Virus record (IMG/VR): IMGVR_UViG_3300020156_000031
Coordinates: 1 to 61,960 of that record
Source: a virus
Taxonomy: Duplodnaviria; Caudoviricetes
DNA: 61,960 bases
Strand: one strand, 5' to 3'
Both the position numbers and the translations under genes were made by a program. The notes beneath the pieces are model-generated. The model saw only the letters and a program-made list of their open reading frames with translations. It made no database searches and was not told where the DNA came from. Shown piece by piece: positions 37,318 to 46,209 of this stretch; positions within the stretch are counted from its first letter, which is position 1; each line of letters begins with the position of its first letter.

Positions 37318-38270
37318 TGACCAAGCACGAGATGCCGCCTTTCAACATGATCATCGAGAGCGGCCGGATGGTCCCGGCAACGCCTTACGACGCCGAGCGG
37401 CTGGACAGCTTCCGCCGTGGCACCAAGGTCAAGGTCCGCTTTACCGAGGAAAAGGACCGCGTCCTGGTGCGCAAATGGTTCGCCATCATCGGTCTGGTCG
37501 TCAAGACGTGCGCCACGCCGTGGAAAAACAAGGACGAGGCGCATGAGGCGATCAAGCTCGCCCTCGGCATCGTGAACCTTTCCAAGACGGTCGGCGGCGA
37601 TTTCATGGCCTATCCGAAAAGCCTGGCCGAACTCGAAGACCCGGAACTGCAGGATGCCCTTCGGGACATGACCGAACTCCTGTCGAGGATGACCGGCGTG
37701 GATGTGGAAACGCTGAACAAGGAAACGGCGCACATCGTCGCCGATCCCGAAGAGCCGCACGATCCCGAAACGGGCGAGGTAATCGAAAACGAAGCTTCCG
37801 GCGAGGTCTCCCCTGCCTCGCCGGCTGATGACGACGCATCCGGTCCCGCCGACCGTGATGACCGCACGTCGTCGAATGGTGAGCCGGTCGGGGAGGTCAC
37901 CCCCGTTGCCAATGATCCGGCCGGCTCGCCTGTTACCGATGATCAGCCAGCGTTGTTCGATCCCGATTTTCACTTCGTCGGCGACGAGATCAAGTTTCTC
38001 GTTGAGTTTGCGCAGAAGGCAATCCGCCTTGCCGCCGACCAGACGCAGGACGAGGCGTATCGGCGCTCGCAGCTGCGCACGATGTACGAGGCCTACCGCG
38101 ACAGCGAGGATGTCCGGTTTTCGGCTGATGCCTTGAAGGCACTCAAGGCCATGACGGTTCCGATCGCCAAAATCCTCGATCACAAAGACCCGGCTATCGC
38201 CCGCGATTTCATCGCCCGCGACATCCTCGGCTGCCGCCCGGATGAACTGGAGGGCCGGCGCCATGGCTGA
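37314..38270 (+). CDS. Hypothetical protein
   Basis: Coupled to recT; PHDPETGEV motif. Confidence 0.6.
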   Translation: MMTKHEMPPFNMIIESGRMVPATPYDAERLDSFRRGTKVKVRFTEEKDRVLVRKWFAIIGLVVKTCATPWKNKDEAHEAIKLALGIVNLSKTVGGDFMAYPKSLAELEDPELQDALRDMTELLSRMTGVDVETLNKETAHIVADPEEPHDPETGEVIENEASGEVSPASPADDDASGPADRDDRTSSNGEPVGEVTPVANDPAGSPVTDDQPALFDPDFHFVGDEIKFLVEFAQKAIRLAADQTQDEAYRRSQLRTMYEAYRDSEDVRFSADALKALKAMTVPIAKILDHKDPAIARDFIARDILGCRPDELEGRRHG

Positions 38271-39114
38271 CGAAACCCTCATTTCATGGGCCGACCACAC
38301 CCATAATCATTGGATCGGATGCGCCCGCGTTTCGCCGGCGTGCGACGGCTGCTACGCCGCTCACCTGATGGAAACCCGCATGGGCCGCGTACAGTGGGGC
38401 GGACCCGGCAAAGGGCAAGGCACGCGGTCTTTCACAAGCGTGAGCAACCGTCGTAAGCCTCTCACATGGGACAGGAAGGCAGCGAAGGCAGGCACCCGCC
38501 CGTTTGTGTTCTGCTCCTCGCTTGCCGACGTGTTCGACAATCAAGTCCCGACCGAATGGCGCGCCGATCTGTTCGACCTGATCCGCAAAACGCCGAACCT
38601 GATCTGGTTGCTACTGACCAAGAGGCCGCAGTTGATCGTCAAGTTGTCCGAGGCCGCCGGCGGGTTGCCGGCTAATGCCGCGATAGGAACGACAGTCGAG
38701 GATCAAGATCGCTTCGACATCAACGTGCCGGCTCTGAGGAAAGCAAAGCGCCTCACGTTCCCGGCATTTACCTTCCTGTCGTGCGAACCCCTTTTGGGGC
38801 CGCTGATCGGCTCTTTCCATGAGATTGATTGGGTCATCACCGGCGGCGAAACCGACCAGGGCCAGCACAAGGCGAGACCGACCAATCCTCAGTGGTTCCG
38901 CGACATCCGCGACCAGTGCGCCGCCGCTGGCATCCCCTATCACCACAAGCAGAATGGCGAGTGGGTTTCAGTTTCTGAAGTCGCCGGGGATGGCCCGCAC
39001 TTCCGGTTTCCAGACGGTCGCACGGTGCGCCGCATCGGGAAGCACCGGACGGGCCGCACAATCGACGGCGCGACCCACGATGCCTTCCCCGCGATCAGGA
39101 GGGCAGCAGTATGA
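38263..39114 (+). CDS. DUF5131 (Gp37/Gp68) family protein
   Basis: GC..VSPACDGCYA, VF..SLAD.F, LLTKRP, EPLLG, WVI.GGE. Confidence 0.88.
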   Translation: MADETLISWADHTHNHWIGCARVSPACDGCYAAHLMETRMGRVQWGGPGKGQGTRSFTSVSNRRKPLTWDRKAAKAGTRPFVFCSSLADVFDNQVPTEWRADLFDLIRKTPNLIWLLLTKRPQLIVKLSEAAGGLPANAAIGTTVEDQDRFDINVPALRKAKRLTFPAFTFLSCEPLLGPLIGSFHEIDWVITGGETDQGQHKARPTNPQWFRDIRDQCAAAGIPYHHKQNGEWVSVSEVAGDGPHFRFPDGRTVRRIGKHRTGRTIDGATHDAFPAIRRAAV

Positions 39115-39317
39115 CTCCCCGCACGATCCGCGTCCGCAAGCCAGCCGATCCTTTCGCCTCTGAAATCGCCGCCAGGCTTCGCGCCAAGCGCGACGGTGTT
39201 CCATACCGCCCGACGCCGAAACGCTCGCTGACGGCCAAATCTGACGGCCCAGCGCCGATCATGATTGTTGCCGAGCGGCGGGGATGGCTGGCGGCTGAGC
39301 AGGGAGGGCGGTTCTGA
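39111..39317 (+). CDS. Hypothetical protein
   Basis: Coupled ORF with GGAGG SD. Confidence 0.5.
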   Translation: MTPRTIRVRKPADPFASEIAARLRAKRDGVPYRPTPKRSLTAKSDGPAPIMIVAERRGWLAAEQGGRF

Positions 39318-39688
39318 TGGCTCGCCTCGAGTTCTCCCGCAAGACGAAGGCGGCGATCATCAACCGCGCCGCCGGCAAGTGCGAGGCCTGCAAGGCTGCC
39401 CTGAAGCCCGGCGAAGGCGAGGTCGATCACATTCTCCCCTGCGAACTCGGCGGTGAGCCGACGATCGCCAACGGCCGTCTGATTTGCCGGGTCTGCCATA
39501 AGGCCAAGACGGCTGACGATATTCGGCGCATTCGCAAGTCCGATCGCCAGCGGGACAAGGCAACCGGCGCGCTCCGGGCGACGGGCAAGATCAAATCTCC
39601 CGGCTTTGCCCGATCGGAGAAGCCCGCCCGCGTCCCGAAACTCCCCCTCCCGGCTCCCAAGCCACTCTTTCGCGAGGAACGCACATGA
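39317..39688 (+). CDS. HNH endonuclease
   Basis: CEAC..EVDH..N...C..CH..KT. Confidence 0.85.
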   Translation: MARLEFSRKTKAAIINRAAGKCEACKAALKPGEGEVDHILPCELGGEPTIANGRLICRVCHKAKTADDIRRIRKSDRQRDKATGALRATGKIKSPGFARSEKPARVPKLPLPAPKPLFREERT

Positions 39689-39882
39689 CACCCCAAGAGC
39701 GAACGGCAATTGAGACAGCATACGGTCTTCTCTGGCTTGCCGTCACGGACGACCAGAAGATCCATGAAGCGCGGCGTACACTCTTAACCCTGATTGATAA
39801 GGACGGGCAAAAGCGAGGCATTGCACTAGCCGTCGAAAAGTACGGGCACAACACGCCGGAATTTTGGGTGGCCCTCCCATGA
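39685..39882 (+). CDS. Hypothetical protein
   Basis: Coupled ORF. Confidence 0.55.
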   Translation: MTPQERTAIETAYGLLWLAVTDDQKIHEARRTLLTLIDKDGQKRGIALAVEKYGHNTPEFWVALP

Positions 39883-40241
39883 CCGCCGCAGACACCACCG
39901 CACTTCTAGAGAAGCTCGACAAGCCCGATGCGTGGCACAGAGACACAAGCTTCGATTTCCATTTCTATGCCGGGCCTGAAACGCCAGGGAACAGCACCAG
40001 CGATCCCGATGAATGGGCGCCCCTCTTCGCCCTCACTCCATCCGATCTAGAAGCCATAAAGGCTGCGCTGGTCGAACGGGAGGAACTGCGGGAGGTGCCC
40101 CATCGGGTGTGGGAGGCGTTCCAGCAGGAATACGAGGCAGAGATGGACCTTCACCCGCGAGAAGGCAATCAGGCGATGTATCAAGCCTTGCTGGTCGCCA
40201 TCAACGCGGACCGCGCAGCCCTCGGAAAGGAGCCATCATGA
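39879..40241 (+). CDS. Hypothetical protein
   Basis: Coupled ORF. Confidence 0.55.
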   Translation: MTAADTTALLEKLDKPDAWHRDTSFDFHFYAGPETPGNSTSDPDEWAPLFALTPSDLEAIKAALVEREELREVPHRVWEAFQQEYEAEMDLHPREGNQAMYQALLVAINADRAALGKEPS

Positions 40242-41065
40242 CCCCCACCCCCACAACTATGACCGAGGCGGACGGTAACAGGGACAGCGGCTATCTGCTC
40301 CCCGGCGTCACGCTGGACATGAAGCTTGCAGCCGTGAAAGCTTATATCGCCCGAGCCGGGAAGTGTCAGCCAGTCGCCATCGTTGAGGCGCTTGCCGCCG
40401 CCCTCGCCGCTTCCCCCGCCAGTGCGGAACAGCCGGAGCGCATTGGTCGCGACCGAGATATCATACTCGAAGCCATCAACACCTACGAAGCTTGGAGCGA
40501 GGAAGACGAGTTTGACGCTCGCCGCGTCTTGGACGAAATCCTCTCTCGCATGAAGTGGCGCGTCAAGATGACCGAAGCCGCCGCACCACCCGCCCCCGCG
40601 CCGGATGATCTGCGGGAACTGCGAGAGGCTGCGGAACGGGCGAGCCAAGGCAGGTGGTGCCAGTTTCATCCGCAATACTGCGCCGAAGCGAAGGATGCCC
40701 CTCGATCCTCATGGGATAGCTCGCACGACATGAGTGCGGTCAATGGCGGGGAGCGAAAGCGGATCGCGACGTTTAAACACGCGGACGATGCAGCCTTCGT
40801 GGACGCCGCCAACCCCTCCACGGTTCTCTCCCTTATCGCCCGTATCACCAGGCTAGAGAGCGAGAACGCGAGGCTGCGGGAGGCGTTGAACAATCGCCCT
40901 AACATAGAGCCGTGGGGAGTGGTCCAGATCGGCAACGACGGACGGCCCGCGATCTTTTCGCAGAAGTACAACACCGTAAAGGCGAGGTTCACATCGGGGA
41001 ACCATGTCGGATGGAAATCTGGCGATATCGTTTACCGCGCAGCCGTATCGGAGCAGAAGCCATGA
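40238..41065 (+). CDS. Ead/Ea22-like protein
   Basis: LREAAERASQGRW...DAAFVDAANPSTVLSLI motif. Confidence 0.65.
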   Translation: MTPTPTTMTEADGNRDSGYLLPGVTLDMKLAAVKAYIARAGKCQPVAIVEALAAALAASPASAEQPERIGRDRDIILEAINTYEAWSEEDEFDARRVLDEILSRMKWRVKMTEAAAPPAPAPDDLRELREAAERASQGRWCQFHPQYCAEAKDAPRSSWDSSHDMSAVNGGERKRIATFKHADDAAFVDAANPSTVLSLIARITRLESENARLREALNNRPNIEPWGVVQIGNDGRPAIFSQKYNTVKARFTSGNHVGWKSGDIVYRAAVSEQKP

Positions 41066-41661
41066 CCGAGACAGAACGCACACCAGCCGTGGACGATTTG
41101 CCGAAGGACATCCGCAAAACAGCCTATGAACTCGCACGGAATTCCGGGTGGTCTTTCAATGAAGACTTCCGTCGCATAGCCAACGCACTCGTTGCCGAAC
41201 GCAACCGCCCCTCCACCCGCGCCAGTGTGAGCGAGGCGGCGGTGACGGACGAAGCTGGATTGCTGCGGAAGGCAAAGATGGTCATTGACCTGCGCGCCTA
41301 CGGCGAGGTCGCGCGAATACCGATCCACTCCACTACTGCCGCCCGCGAGATGATTGCGGAAATCGACGCCGCCCTCTCTGCCGCTCTCGCATCCACAGCC
41401 GAGACGCCCTTCGCGTGGTACTGGTACGACGCGACGGGATGCCTGATTATCACAGGCGACGATCGGCAGGCGGACATTCCCGATGATGCCAAGCCCCTCT
41501 ACACACTACGGCCCGCGCGGCGTGAGACGTGGGAGGAAGCGGCAAAGGTGGCTGACGACTACGGATTGGATGCGCTACCCGACAGCGAATATCGACTTGC
41601 TTGCACCGATCTTGCCGAGGCGTTCCGTGCCCGCGCAACAGAGGAGCGGGACGATGGGTAA
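41062..41661 (+). CDS. Hypothetical protein
   Basis: Coupled; mosaic PFAW...KPLY and EEAAKVA segments. Confidence 0.55.
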   Translation: MTETERTPAVDDLPKDIRKTAYELARNSGWSFNEDFRRIANALVAERNRPSTRASVSEAAVTDEAGLLRKAKMVIDLRAYGEVARIPIHSTTAAREMIAEIDAALSAALASTAETPFAWYWYDATGCLIITGDDRQADIPDDAKPLYTLRPARRETWEEAAKVADDYGLDALPDSEYRLACTDLAEAFRARATEERDDG

Positions 41662-42013
41662 GCCGTCATATGACGAGGTTCTCGCCAGGAATTCGTGCGA
41701 GGAGATTTGCGAAACACTGCGGCAGTGCGCATCAATGCCCTGCGACGAGGAATACTCGTACGGCATACCGGAAATCGTCCTGCCATTCGCGCTCGCGGTG
41801 GTCGCTGAACTCAAAGCGAAGAACCCCGATTGTGTCATCCTCATATTCAGCACACCGGGGGATGGAGTAACCTTGAAGGTTCACCAGCGCGCCGGCAGGG
41901 ACCACTACCTTTTCATCGAAAAGGATTACATCGGAGACGCGGAGTGCCCGGAGCAGAGCGCTCCGTCACCTCTTTTCTGGCGCGCCGCCCTTCAAGGAGA
42001 CAGCCATGGCTAA
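41654..42013 (+). CDS. Hypothetical protein
   Basis: GAGGAG SD, start MGKPSY. Confidence 0.5.
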   Translation: MGKPSYDEVLARNSCEEICETLRQCASMPCDEEYSYGIPEIVLPFALAVVAELKAKNPDCVILIFSTPGDGVTLKVHQRAGRDHYLFIEKDYIGDAECPEQSAPSPLFWRAALQGDSHG

Positions 42014-42221
42014 GCATCAGCTCGCGACCATTGAGTTTTCCGGCGGCGTCGTCGAGGTCATCACGCAATTCTGGGTGCCCGATGCCCACGTTATCGATCA
42101 GGCCCGCGAAAAACTTGGTCCGATTGCGGAACTCGTATCCGATTTCAATGTGACCATCCGCCGCCCGCTTAACGCATTCGAGGAGTATGTTTACAGCCGA
42201 GGAGACAGCCATGGCCGGTGA
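42006..42221 (+). CDS. Hypothetical protein
   Basis: AGGAG SD. Confidence 0.55.
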   Translation: MAKHQLATIEFSGGVVEVITQFWVPDAHVIDQAREKLGPIAELVSDFNVTIRRPLNAFEEYVYSRGDSHGR

Positions 42222-42576
42222 TGTCGATATCGTGGAACGGCTGAGACGGGCGGTATCCGTTGGGGATTATCCGTTCTATTATGATGATCATGGCGAGATG
42301 ATCCTTCACGAGGATACCATGTCCGAAGCCGCCGACACCATCACCGCCCTCCGCTCTCGCATTGAGGAACTGGAACGAGAGAGAGACGAGGCAAGGGCGA
42401 AGGCATTCGAGGAAGCGGGAGAATGGCACGACGACATGGCTGCAAAGCACAGCGCTGATAGGCGTGTCAGCAACCATCACGAGATGATGGCGCGGGAACA
42501 CCGCCGGTTTGCATCCGCCATCCGTTCTCTGGGGAAGGAGCGGACAGCCCCTGTGGAAAACGGGGAGAAGCCATGA
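42211..42576 (+). CDS. Hypothetical protein
   Basis: DIVERLR..EAADTI..LR motif; GAGGAG SD. Confidence 0.55.
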   Translation: MAGDVDIVERLRRAVSVGDYPFYYDDHGEMILHEDTMSEAADTITALRSRIEELERERDEARAKAFEEAGEWHDDMAAKHSADRRVSNHHEMMAREHRRFASAIRSLGKERTAPVENGEKP

Positions 42577-42920
42577 GCGAGGTCTATCCAACCTACGTCA
42601 CGCCGGAGAAATTGGCCGAGCATCTCGGCTGGTCGGCCCGGGAACTTCGGAAAAAGGCCCGCCAGATTGGCGCTTGCCGTATCATGGGCAATGCGATGAT
42701 ACTGACCCCGACCGACGTTGATGCTATTCTGGAGGCTTCGCGGCCATGCCCCTCACCATCTTCAAGCGAGGCGAAGTCTGGCACTACCGGGGCACGGTTG
42801 CCGGACGGAGACTTCGCGGCTCTACAGGCGCTAAAGACAAAAAAACAGCGCAGCGAATTGCAGCCGAAATCGAAACAAGGCAGTGGAAAGGTCATCTCGA
42901 TGGACCGGAAGCGGTCCTGA
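42573..42920 (+). CDS. Putative excisionase / recombination directionality factor
   Basis: TPEKLAEHLGWS wHTH; overlaps the int 5' end. Confidence 0.6.
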   Translation: MSEVYPTYVTPEKLAEHLGWSARELRKKARQIGACRIMGNAMILTPTDVDAILEASRPCPSPSSSEAKSGTTGARLPDGDFAALQALKTKKQRSELQPKSKQGSGKVISMDRKRS

Positions 42921-43744
42921 CGTTCGCCCAGGCCGCGATCCTCTATCGCAAGGCCGGCAAGTCCGACCGCTTCCTTGATCCGGTCGAAGTCTACTGGAAA
43001 GACACCCCCGTCAAGAACATCACATCGGGCGCGGTTCGCAACGCGGCGATCGTCCTTTACCCTAACGCCAAGGGATCGACGCGAAACCGGCATGTGATCG
43101 TGCCGACCCAAGCCATAATCAATCATGCCGCCGAACTGGAACTTTGCCGCACGCTGAAGGTGACGCGGTTCCCGGTCGAGACGAAGCGCAAAAAGCCGAT
43201 CACATGGGAATGGGTTCAAGCGTTCATGGCGCACGCCAATCCGCACCTGGGGGCGCTGTGTTGCTTCATGTTCCTGACCGGCGCCCGAGTGTCCGAGGCC
43301 ATCAATCTCAAATGGGAAGATGTGGATATGGTGAAGCGCCGCGCGCTGATCCGCCAGACGAAGGTTGGAGCCGAGCGCTGGGCTCACTTGCCGCAGCCGC
43401 TGGTATTGGCGATTGCCAATATCGAAGGAGAGCGCAAGGGGAAGGTCTTCAAGTATTCGACCAGGGACACAGCTAAGCCGCAGTGGAACAAGGTGATCGC
43501 TCGGGCAGGCATCGAGTACCTGACCTATCATTCCTGCCGGCACGGATTCGCGACCGCGCTGCTGCACAAGAAGATCGACCCGATCACGGTTTCGAAGCTC
43601 GGCGGCTGGAAATCAGCGCAGCATGTGTTTGACACATACGGTCACGCGATGGACGACGATACCCTGGCAGACGTGATTATTGACACACCAGAGACACAAT
43701 CGTTGCAGGTCGCCTCAAGAAATGCTATGAAAACAAGCCGTTAG
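42746..43744 (+). CDS. int: Tyrosine integrase
   Basis: TGAR.SE, TK, HSCRHG.AT, GGW and catalytic Y. Confidence 0.92.
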   Translation: MPLTIFKRGEVWHYRGTVAGRRLRGSTGAKDKKTAQRIAAEIETRQWKGHLDGPEAVLTFAQAAILYRKAGKSDRFLDPVEVYWKDTPVKNITSGAVRNAAIVLYPNAKGSTRNRHVIVPTQAIINHAAELELCRTLKVTRFPVETKRKKPITWEWVQAFMAHANPHLGALCCFMFLTGARVSEAINLKWEDVDMVKRRALIRQTKVGAERWAHLPQPLVLAIANIEGERKGKVFKYSTRDTAKPQWNKVIARAGIEYLTYHSCRHGFATALLHKKIDPITVSKLGGWKSAQHVFDTYGHAMDDDTLADVIIDTPETQSLQVASRNAMKTSR

Positions 43745-43925
43745 GGAAATCGCGCAAAGCCCTCGTTGGGGAGAGGTGTCCCGCCGTCGTCTATAGGGAA
43801 AAGCCTGAAAACGCGCAAGATGGAAAAGAAGCCCCTGCAAGTTTGTGCTACTTCTTGCCAGAACGAGCATAGAACAGACTGACACGGCTGGCACAAAATT
43901 GACACAGCGGTTCTCAGAAGGTTCT
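43680..43925. other. attP-like region with arm-type repeats
   Basis: TGACAC-like repeats near 43680 and 43692, and at 43879/43889/43899 (10-bp phasing), flanking a putative core downstream of int. Confidence 0.55.
43861..43924. promoter_or_regulatory. Two alphaproteobacterial LexA-box matches
   Basis: GAAC-N7-GAAC at 43861-43875 and GTTC-N7-GTTC at 43910-43924. Confidence 0.5.
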
Positions 43926-43940
43926 CAGCCCACCAAACGC

Positions 43941-43973
43941 AAAAAAGAAGCCCCTCAGCCGAAGCCAAGGGGC
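43941..43973 (-). terminator. Terminator of the late/lysis operon
   Basis: Minus strand GCCCCTTGGC-TTCG-GCTGAGGGGC-TTCTTTTTT. Confidence 0.85.
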
Positions 43974-43994
43974 GAGGTCGGTCCTCGTTATAAA

Positions 43995-44318
43995 CTAGCT
44001 TGAGGTCTTCTTTTCGAACCACCTCAGAAACAGCGCCTGAACCCCGCCGGGACCGAGATATCCGACACCGACGGCAATGCTGGTCGATACCGTTCGATCC
44101 AAGGCGAAATAAGCCGCCAGGCCGTCGGCGATGATACCCATACCCACGGCGACGGGCAATTCCCAGATCAGGTTCTTGTCGAACGGCTTCCGGTTCATTT
44201 TCCGCACCTCTCCGGCATGGTACATGAGCCTTCCTATCGTCGCCCCGACGAGTGTAGCGACTGCGCCGCCCGCCCACGCAGAGATGAGCCCCGCGATTGT
44301 CTGTCCATCTTCTGTCAT
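43995..44318 (-). CDS. Holin-like membrane protein
   Basis: Two to three TM helices; end of the lysis cassette. Confidence 0.7.
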   Translation of the reverse strand: MTEDGQTIAGLISAWAGGAVATLVGATIGRLMYHAGEVRKMNRKPFDKNLIWELPVAVGMGIIADGLAAYFALDRTVSTSIAVGVGYLGPGGVQALFLRWFEKKTSS

Positions 44319-44362
44319 TGGGTGATCCTGAATGTAACGCGCGGGGCGGTAGGGTGGTTCGG

Positions 44363-44581
44363 CTATTTCCTGCAGCCGGGCTGGCGGGCGCAGATTTCAT
44401 TGTGGGCCGCAACCTGGCGGGCAAACCCGAGATCGTTCTTCACGATGAACTTGCGAGTGTCTGGCGACGGATGCAGCGCGGAGAAGCCGGAGCCGTCAAC
44501 CGCACTCGTTTTCGTCTGGCAGCCAGCGCCCGCCAAGGCGATGGCAAATATCGGCAGGAGAAGCAGTCTTAAGGTCAGCAT
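44363..44581 (-). CDS. o-spanin lipoprotein (Rz1-like)
   Basis: Signal peptide with lipobox AGC; overlaps the i-spanin in another frame. Confidence 0.7.
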   Translation of the reverse strand: MLTLRLLLLPIFAIALAGAGCQTKTSAVDGSGFSALHPSPDTRKFIVKNDLGFARQVAAHNEICARQPGCRK

Positions 44582-44738
44582 CGATCTTGTCCCTTTCGAT
44601 GACGAGTTCCATGGCACGCTTGAGGGTTTCGGCTCGTTCTGCTTCGCGGCCCGCGTCATAGAGCCTCTTGGCAGCGAGATAGCCGCCGGCGCCGATCGCG
44701 AGCACGGCCGCGAGGATGATGATGATCCGGGTCATCAC
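44496..44738 (-). CDS. i-spanin (Rz-like)
   Basis: N-terminal TM, helical periplasmic part, C-terminal Cys. Confidence 0.7.
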   Translation of the reverse strand: MMTRIIIILAAVLAIGAGGYLAAKRLYDAGREAERAETLKRAMELVIERDKIDADLKTASPADICHRLGGRWLPDENECG

Positions 44739-44941
44739 ACCACCGGAGGCTGGTGCTTGTACATGCCGTTCAAGCCGTCACGCAGCAAGTTGATGAGGAT
44801 CTTCGCCAGTGCGAGCCCGCCGACGATCTTCAGCGCGACCGCATCCGAGAAGAACGGCGTCCAGTCCATCGCCTCGAGCGACGGCACAGCGACGATCAGG
44901 AAGTTCAGGATGTTGTGGATTAGGTTGGTGTTGATCTTCAT
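44735..44941 (-). CDS. Small membrane protein (holin/antiholin candidate)
   Basis: Two hydrophobic segments; in the lysis cassette. Confidence 0.55.
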   Translation of the reverse strand: MKINTNLIHNILNFLIVAVPSLEAMDWTPFFSDAVALKIVGGLALAKILINLLRDGLNGMYKHQPPVV

Positions 44942-45042
44942 CGTGGCGGCTCGCTTCTAGTTGTGGTACAAAATAACGAACGCGCCGGGTGTGTCACCAC
45001 CGCGAGCGCGTTCTAACCAAGCCAACCTGTCAGGAGGTCGAA

Positions 45043-45564
45043 ATGGCTCGTTCAAAGATATGCTCGGAAGAGCAATGCGAAAAGCCCCATTATGCAAAGG
45101 GGTTATGCTATCGGCACTATTACAAACAATTGCGGGCCCGTTTCCCGCCCTGTGCTGCTGAAGGCTGCGAGCAACGCAGTGATAGAAGAGGGCTCTGCCC
45201 AATACATTACCAGCGTCTCAGAAGGCATGGGAATTTGGATGGAGTGCGGACACCATCACGATCAACTGCTCGTTTCATCGACGCTGTATCTGCCACAGCT
45301 TCCGAGGATTGCATCCTATGGCCATTCTCTAGGCACAAAGACGGATATGGAAAGGCTAGACATGGTGGAAAGAATGGGTGTGCTCATCGCATTGTCTGCG
45401 AGTTGGTCCATGGCGCGCCACCCAGCGAAACACACCAGGCAGCCCATCAATGCGGTAACAGCGCTTGCGTTAATCCCCGCCACTTACGATGGGCCACGCC
45501 GCTGGAGAATGGGCAGGACAAAGTTGCGCATCGAACTATGAAGCGCGCACGAAGATCGCCTTGA
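45043..45564 (+). CDS. HNH homing-type endonuclease
   Basis: Two C..C..GLC..HY Zn repeats; CILW..GYG..AHR..H.C.N..CVNP.HL; AGGAGG SD. Confidence 0.85.
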   Translation: MARSKICSEEQCEKPHYAKGLCYRHYYKQLRARFPPCAAEGCEQRSDRRGLCPIHYQRLRRHGNLDGVRTPSRSTARFIDAVSATASEDCILWPFSRHKDGYGKARHGGKNGCAHRIVCELVHGAPPSETHQAAHQCGNSACVNPRHLRWATPLENGQDKVAHRTMKRARRSP

Positions 45565-46186
45565 CCATTTCGATCAGGGCAGTGAGTAGGTTGGGATGGT
45601 CTTCAGGTGCCGGCGGGGCATCGATCGGAACGGGCGGCTCGCGCGGAATGACGGGCTTGGGGGTCGCAAGAAGGTGTTCGACGTTCACCCGCGTTCCCTT
45701 GCTCCAGAGAACGTTCCCCTTCGCATCGGCAGGGTATGCCGTGGCGATCGGCGGCGGGTACTTCCCGGTCAGAAACAGGGTGCTTTCGGCCTGACGACGC
45801 GGCTTGATTTCCTTCGGCTTGATCCAGTTCATGAATTCTTCGCCGGCCTTCTTGTAGTAGCCGGCGTTCAGGCTCTTGGTGAGCGTGGCCTTGGCGATAG
45901 CGCCGGTGTTGTAGTGAAAGCTCACGAGCGCGTCGAACTCGTGCTGCTTCAGCGACACCTTCACGGCATTGTTCACACCATTCTCGTATTTGATGATGTC
46001 GTCGCGGAGCAGGTCGAGGGCTTCCGCCATCGTCAGCGTGCCGGTGAATGTTTCGGGATTCAGCCCGCCTGCCGCCTTTGTATGGCCTACCCCGATCGTC
46101 CAAACGCCGACCGAATCCTTGTAGCGCGAAAGCACAATGCCCTCGTGCCCGATCAGGGCAATCAGCCCTTCGGTGCTCATCTTCAT
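45536..46186 (-). CDS. Endolysin (GH24 lysozyme)
   Basis: HEG...Y.DSVGVWTIGVGHT, FDALVSF.YN.G, RR.AE. Confidence 0.92.
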   Translation of the reverse strand: MKMSTEGLIALIGHEGIVLSRYKDSVGVWTIGVGHTKAAGGLNPETFTGTLTMAEALDLLRDDIIKYENGVNNAVKVSLKQHEFDALVSFHYNTGAIAKATLTKSLNAGYYKKAGEEFMNWIKPKEIKPRRQAESTLFLTGKYPPPIATAYPADAKGNVLWSKGTRVNVEHLLATPKPVIPREPPVPIDAPPAPEDHPNLLTALIEMVKAIFVRAS

Positions 46187-46209
46187 GACGATATCCTTTG
46201 GTTGATGTT

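Noticed and set aside
43755-43800. CCTC-GTTGGGGA-GAGG as a tRNA-Pro anticodon-arm att core
   Set aside because: No adjoining tRNA 3' half (no GTTCRA T-arm) on either strand; the integration target cannot be assigned
43741-44424. 227-aa minus-strand ORF across attP as a LexA-regulated gene
   Set aside because: Overlaps the holin out of frame and runs through the terminator; no motifs
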